Source of the DNA: the human T2T-CHM13v2.0 reference genome, Homo sapiens
Length of the DNA stretch: 64,000 nucleotides
Direction: 5' to 3' (one strand)
Assembly: GCF_009914755.1 (NCBI RefSeq)
Contig: NC_060931.1
Part shown: positions 57,019 to 64,000 of the stretch, one piece after another
How the letters are laid out: every line of letters starts with the position of its first letter
How positions within the stretch are numbered: the first letter of the stretch is position 1
Notes under the pieces: model-generated
Seen by the model: only the letters and a program-made list of their open reading frames with translations
The model's database searches: none
What the model was told of the DNA's origin: nothing
Program-made: the position numbers and the translations under genes

Positions 57019-57950
57019 CACTATACAGGGAATCAGGGAATAGAGGAAAAACTATTTAATGTCTAATCCCACCATGGCCATCAACAATCTAGGGGAACTT
57101 TGGGAAAGGTATTAACCTCTCTGGGCAGCAAGAGAACAACCTTTTCTCAAATGGGTGTTTAGGGACCCTTCCAACTGTATACTATGCTTCTGTTTTGCCT
57201 CTCTCCTACTTCATAGTCTATATAGCATGAGAAAAATATAAGCCTCTACTTTGAAGGGGTCAAACAAAACTTAGGAAACCCCTAGAACAGAATTCTGTTT
57301 GCATTCAGGCAAGTATTAGAGCTCTTTATGAAAGTATGAAAGATTTTTAAACGATCCAAATAAAAGCAGAGAAATTTCAGGCAGTAAGAGCTCCACAAAA
57401 AGTCCAAATAGTCTGCTTTTCAACTAGCCAAATTTTGGATAAATCAGTTAATCTAACTGAATTTTAGTTTCCCCACCTAAAAATATGACATATGGGTACA
57501 CCTGTTAGCTATGAAATTCTAGACTATAGACTTCACAAGGTAATGATTTTCATACTTTCATCTACTTCTCATAAAAAAGTAAAACAACCTGACACTAAAA
57601 TTTTTCAAGTTGCATACAACCAGTAGCTCCATTTGTAGCAAAAACTGAAACAAATATTTAACATAATTAGTATGATTGATCATACCAGTTAGTATCAACT
57701 CACAGTCAAATGGTATATGTAAAATCATGCTGCCTCTCCTAGATTACTTCAAGTTACAACAGCAAGATACTTCTCAGGCAAAATTCAACAGGATTCTCAA
57801 TCAAAATTCAATTTAATTTAATTCAATTAAAACTAGGCTTCTGTAAAACCTCAGAGAGTAACTATGATGCACTGGGGTCAGTGTTCTAAGTAAACTAATA
57901 AAATTGTATCACATCTTTCTTATTGTTGTCTTGGGTTTTTTGTCTGTTTG

Positions 57951-58671
57951 TGCTTATGGCTTGAATGTTTCTCCCCTTCAAAACTCACATTGAAACTTAA
58001 TTCCCACTGTGGCAGTATTGAGAGGTGGGGCCCTTAAGAGGTGAGACTGGGACATGAGGGTTCATGAATGGGTTAATCCATGCATGGATTAATGGTTTAT
58101 CATGATAGTGGGACTGGTACCTTAAAAAGAAAAAGAAGGCCAGGTGCGGTGGCTCACGCCTATAATCCCAACACTCTGAGAGGCTGAGGTGGGCAGATCA
58201 CGAGGTCAGGAGTTTGAGACCAGCCTGACCAACATGGTGAAACCCTGTCTCTACTACAAATACAAAAATTAGCCAGACATGGTGGTGCACACCTGCAATC
58301 CCAGCTACTCAGGAGGCTGAGGCAGGAGAATCGCTTGAACTCGGGAGGCGGAGGTTGCAGTGAGCCAAGATCACATCACTGCACTCCGGCCTGGGCGACA
58401 GAGTAAGACTCCATCTCACAAAAAAAAAAAAAAAGAAAAGAAAAGAAAAAGAAGAGAGAGCTGGACTAGCATACTGAGCCCCTCACCACGTGATGCCCCG
58501 CATGACCTAGGGATTCTACAGGAGTCCCCACCAGTAAGAAGACCCACACCATATGCAGCCCTTCAACCTTGGACTTCAAAGCCTCCATAACATTAAGTAA
58601 CAAATTTCTTTTCCTTATAAATTACCCAGTTTTACGTATTCTGTTATAAGCAACAGAAAAGAGATTAAGCA
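57951..58671 (+). mobile_element. ERVL-MaLR solo LTR (MST family) interrupted by an Alu
   Basis: TG...CA ends (tgcttatggcttgaatg ... gattaagca), MaLR 3' motif ataaattacccagt, and 5-bp TSD gtttg on both sides. Confidence 0.88.
58138..58452 (+). mobile_element. Alu (AluS) inserted in the MST LTR
   Basis: Full dimer with A/AAAAG tail. Confidence 0.95.
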
Positions 58672-58679
58672 GTTTGGTT

Positions 58680-59068
58680 TTTCCAGCTTTATTAAGGTAT
58701 AATTGACAAATAGAATCATATATATTCAAGGTGAACTATGTGATGATTTGATATGAATCATGTAATGATTACCACAAATATATCGAGCACCACACAGTTA
58801 CCATTGGGGTGGGGAACATTGGGGACACTTAAAATTTGTTCTCTTATGAAATTTCAAGTAAAAAATATTATTAACTAAAGTCACCATCTTATAACTGAAA
58901 GCTTGTACTCTTTGATCAACATCTCCCTATTTCCCCATCCCACATCCCCTGGTAATCACTCTTTTACTCTGCTTCCTAGAGCTCAACTTTTTTAGATTCC
59001 ACATATAGGTAAGAACATACAGTATTTGTCTTTCTGTGTCTGGCTTATTTCACTTGGCACAATGTCAT
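58680..59068 (-). mobile_element. L1MA-like 3' end fragment
   Basis: agctttattaaggtataattgacaaat ... tttctgtgtctggcttatttcactt, typical of an antisense L1MA 3' UTR. Confidence 0.8.
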
Positions 59069-62000
59069 ATCTTCATAGTGCACTTTATGCCTATAACATA
59101 GGGATGTCTTCCTACCAGAGGAAAAGCTCAAATCAGCAGCGAGCTGTTTATTCCAGTGTGATCAAACGGTGACCAGCTGGGTGGATAGGCACGAAGCCAT
59201 CCAGGTGAGAATGTGGAGAGGAAGTGGTTTGGGGTGAAGAAAATGCAGACTGGAGGCTTGCTGTTTCCTTCTCTATCCCCTTCTCCCTACTATCATCAGC
59301 CCTGCCACTTGCTGTGGGGTGAGGTGAGAAAGAGATACAGATTACAGGTGGCATCGTCCAGGTAGGCCATGAGAGGAGAGAAAAACGTGGGAAGAGGACA
59401 ACAACAGCAATGAAAGGGACAGGAACACTCCCATGGCCACTGAAAAAGACATGTCCAAGTGACCAGCTGGTTGACATCACTTTTGGTCCATAAAGGAGCC
59501 AAAGCACAGCTATCTTTCTAATGCCCTACCTATTTCCAGAAAAGGAAAAAAAAAAAAAATCACAACTTTTGGGTCAAGTCCAAGGTCACAACTGAAAAAG
59601 TAATTACCTTAGCTACAAATGAGAAGTTAAAATAACAGAAAATAAAAACATGACCTAGCATAAAGAGTTTGAAATCTAAAATAGCAAATCAAAGCACAGC
59701 CAGGAAAATAAACCAGTGAGGTAATGGGTTCTGAGCACATCTAAGCTTCATGGTATTTGTTTTTAAATCAATAGAATACATAAAGCAATACTGTATTTCT
59801 TCTGATAGGTCTGACCCAAAGTGCATGAGGGAAAAAGATACAGCATTTGGAGACCACTATTTAAAATGGCCTTTCTGAAAACACTCTTTTCAGCTCCCAG
59901 GATCTGAACATTTTCTCAAATAAAACTGTTATTAAACTAAAAGGTCAGTGTTTCAGGAAGGGCTAGTTTAAGAGAAGCACAAGAAAGGCCAACTTTGCCT
60001 ATTAGCACAGTGAGTTTCCAAGCAAATCTTTGGGAACTGGCAAAGTTTGTGAAATGAGAAAAGGAGTAAAAACAAAAAAATGTTCAAGCAATATAAATCC
60101 CATTTGCCATGGAAATTTGCAAAACTATTTCAAGTTCAGTAAGTATGGTTCCATGGCTTTTATATACACACATACTCTCCTTTTAGAAATGTGTTAAGAC
60201 AAAAGAATGTTTTCTTTCCATACTTGTATAGTCTGTACTTTTTAAAATTCTTCTCAGAAACCATTTTAATTTCTTTCTCAATGGTGAATGTATCTTAAAG
60301 AACACAAACACTGGCATTTTGTCAATTAGTTATAGATATAAACACTGATCATAAAACATGTCAGAAAAAGCCAAGCATTGCAATTGCTTAGTTCTAGCAA
60401 GTGTGGCTCTAAACCATTTACTTGAAACCATTACTGAAAATAATAAATACTTGGATGATTGAAAGCAGCTCTGGATTCCTAACAAATTTTTGTTTGTCTT
60501 TACTAAACAATATTCTAAACAAATGCTTTGGCTAGTCCAAGGGTCTTCTTTAAGGTTTGCCTAGGAATCTTTTGACCCACTTAGCCACCAAAATTTCTGG
60601 GCTATAAATTTGAGTTCAGGATCAAATAAGAAAGTCCAAGATTCCTAAACTTATACTTGATCCTGAGTATTCTTAGGAAATGTGAGGAAATTCTTATTCC
60701 TCAAAGAAAGTGTAACATAAGTTCAATACACATCACCTGTCTTCTATGTGACAGGTGATGCTCAAATTCCTGTGTTTACCGAAACTGGTTAAACTAAAGA
60801 TATGAAGGGAGGGAATGGTACGGGGAGACATAATTATACATTTTAGATAGATCCTTGAATGGTGAATAGAAATGACTCCAAAAGATGGAAGGACTTGATG
60901 AACTCATCAACCATGAAAAACAGAAGACTGAAAATGCAACCATGATCTGAAATATACATAGATTCCCTGAACCTCAAGGAACATACTAATTTCCTTTGTA
61001 ACTTTTCCCACTTGTAATTCCCTTTTACTTCATTTTTTTTTTGCATAATCCTTACACTATAATTCCCTCCCCAATTACAGTATTTCTTAAACAATCTCTT
61101 TAAGTTGCTTAATAAAAGTTATACCTTGCTTCTTAGAGAAATATCAGTTCCTTTGGGATTTTTCCTTTAATGTATTTTTCTTTCTGGTTTCACCATTTGC
61201 TGATATAGGTCATGGCCAATTTTGTAAAGTCTATTATTTTCATGTGCTAGTTTAAACACACTAAAGAGAAACCATGAAGATCTTCCAAGAGAACAAAATA
61301 AATATATGTACCTGCATAATATAAGCAGCAGATTTCAGATAAAGACTCTGATTCTCCCAGGATTGAGATAGTTGAGCAAAAAGTTATACCATAAGATATA
61401 GCCAAATTAAATTTTCAGCTCAATAGAAATACTCATTAATCTTATAATTTCAATAAATTCATTAAAATGAAGAGCAATTATTGTTTAAGAAAATAATAAT
61501 CAAAGCATCCATGCAATCAATGAAATACAACACCAAGTATATTAGAGCTAAATGACTAACAGCATAGGTTACAGGATAAATCTTGTCCTGCTCCTTATCT
61601 TCTAAAAGCTACAGGGTTTGATTGGAAGAAGAGCCAAAAGATGACTAGGATAAATCTCAAGAGTTAGAAATAAACATGTTTATTATCCATTTGTGGCACC
61701 ATTTAGTTGGCAGACAAATAAACCTGATTTAAACCAGGCACACAGAGAATATAGGTATATTCAGCTGACAGTTACCTTCACCATCCTATAAGGAGAATGT
61801 ATCTTAAGAGTGCCTTCAAAACAAATGGCATCTGTCTACTACCTGGCAGGGGTAACTGTGGCTACTTACGCATTAAAGTTAATGAAGATGGTAGAATGAA
61901 AGTTCTGCACTGCACATTCATAATCATAAATACTGTACCAGAAGGCAGTGTTAGGAAGAGTTTGGCAACCTGAACATCAACAGCATCAAGTTAATGGCTT

Positions 62001-64000
62001 ATTTTGTAGCATTATCACTCCATCAGGATGTATATACCTTTGTAAATTTCTCATCTGAATGGCATATTACGCAAATAATGTTCATTTTATTGTTTGCTTC
62101 ACAATAAGCACCCATAGAAACTAGCTCCATGTTCCATTCCATGTAGGAAAGAAAACATCAATACTGGGCTATAGCCGTATAGCAAGAGATAAGCTCGTAA
62201 TTCATATTCTACAGTTTAGACATCTTAAGTAGACAATTCCTAAAACCCGTATTGAGAATCAGATATATCTAGTATTTCATGTCTTAATATTCTGAATAAT
62301 AGTTGCAAGATCTCACACAGCCTCCAGGAAAATAAGATCTATAATTTAAATTAAAAAATAATAATTACCTTTGGATATTGCTTTCTGATACATAGCTTAA
62401 TTTTTTTGTTTCAAAAATGATTATATTTTGTTCACTGGAGATAAAACTATAATACAGTGTTAACTCTCCAAACTAAATGAAGTACAGAAACCACCCAGGC
62501 TCTTTTCCATTTCACGCAAATGGTCCTGTGTGACCAAGAAAAGTAATCAATATAATGCCCTAAGTGTAATATTTAAATAAAACAAGCTAATTTATAATAA
62601 AATAATGGCATCTCATTATGTAAACGTTCAAACATAACTACCCTAGCAGACATAATAAAACAGTCTGAATCTTGAGTTTGTGTGCTAAATCATCACAAAT
62701 GCAAAAGCTATTGTTACACAGTAGTTTCACTCTTGGAAAATTCAGTATACTTTAAAACCATGCAAAACATACTTTCTGTTTATATATAAAACAACTAAGT
62801 TCTCAGCCAGGTAAATAGGTTTTCAGCTCCATGAATCTCTGATGGGACATTCAGAAGTTAGAGGGCACAGGACAATTCTTGGAGATGGGAAACTACCCCC
62901 AGGCACTGCTAGCCATGAAGATCCCTCCCCGTGCCACTAAACACCACAGCTTCCCTCAAATTCCTAAAGTGCCTGAAGTGGTGCCGTACTCCTCAAGTGG
63001 GGTACTACTCAAACACTTTCTAAAGTGGTACAGTATTGCCCCACCACTGCGCACCATTGTTTTAGACAGGGCTAAAATATTCACCCTGATAAATGAAAAA
63101 AAGTGGGAAATCTAGCTATTTTATGGTTTGTATGACCACAGATAGATAGTCACAAATAATCTACTAATATTTATATGGATTTTTCAAACAGATAAACATT
63201 TGGATGACACCAAAATATCTTTCCCCAACATGATCTCTGCCTTAAGGTGCCCAAACATGACTAGCTTTCTCTAGCTCCATACTCACCAAAACCACATTTT
63301 GCCCGGTCCACTTATAAAGATCATCTTAATTTTCCTTAGGGTAATCAAAATTACTCTCTGCTAATCATCACATTGTCTATTTTTTTTTCTCTCCTGATGT
63401 CCTAGAGGGATGAGGGCTCCATTATTAATTCAATAGAAATGGAAAAGGTGGGTACAAATTGCAACCTAAACACTCCAGGTCTCTGTGAGATATCACAAGA
63501 ATGTACAGATGCCAGAAACAGATTAAAACTCATCTACCCCCAAACTGTACAAATGTTTTCATTATTTAGCATTCACATTTTCAGATTACCGTCTTTAAGA
63601 GAACAATTTCCCAAACATCGATTTATTTCAAGCTGACACATTTCCCATCAAAATTATCTACACAGGATAGCGCTTGACCATTTAAAACTATGTTTTATAT
63701 ATGACAATATCAGAATGAATACTGAACAAACAGTTCAATAAGGCCATATCATGTTTATAATGAAGGAAAAAGAAAAAGGATTTAAAGCTACTCATCCTGA
63801 ATTAACTTATAATAATTCACAGAGATTCCTTTTTGAAATTAAGGAAGTGAGGGTATAATAAGAAATAATTTCTCTATAAACAGCAAAAATAAGTTAGCTT
63901 TCACTAAAGCATATAATATTAAACTATCTAGAATAAATGGTAAGAAAGCAACAAGGATGAGTAAAATCTAAACATATATGATACTTTTAAAAAAATGCAT

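Noticed and set aside
58073-58092. Perfect 20-bp palindrome ttaatccatgcatggattaa
   Set aside because: It lies within an MST LTR whose consensus, as I recall it, is already near-palindromic here. No independent evidence of function.

Overview
Human (primate) genomic DNA, almost entirely intronic, from the minus-strand gene CHCHD3 (MICOS subunit MIC19). Two coding exons can be read directly: 54071-54152 (82 nt, VSDEELKRRVAEELALEQAKKESEDQKR) and 4685-4802 (118 nt, LKQAKELDRERAAANEQLTRAILRERICSEEERAKAKHL). They are separated by a 49,268-nt phase-2 intron. The rest is transposon-derived and unique intronic DNA: about 22 Alu copies or fragments, a full-length SVA antisense to the gene, a near full-length Tigger2, MaLR solo LTRs, and MER, L1, L2 and MIR relics. 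None of the ORF-track ORFs is a credible gene. The best leads are: (i) two candidate unannotated cassette exons, one with dual acceptors (in-frame 27 nt or stop-containing 73 nt) and one of 36 nt that would create a TGA across its junction with the next exon; (ii) the antisense SVA inside a MIR > Tigger2 > Alu/SVA nest; (iii) a templated-insertion scar at a truncated Alu; (iv) a 169-bp tandem duplication; (v) a perfect DR1 nuclear-receptor element. I do not see convincing evidence of a wholly new biological system. Repeat family names come from recalled consensus sequences, not a search, and boundaries of old repeats are approximate.
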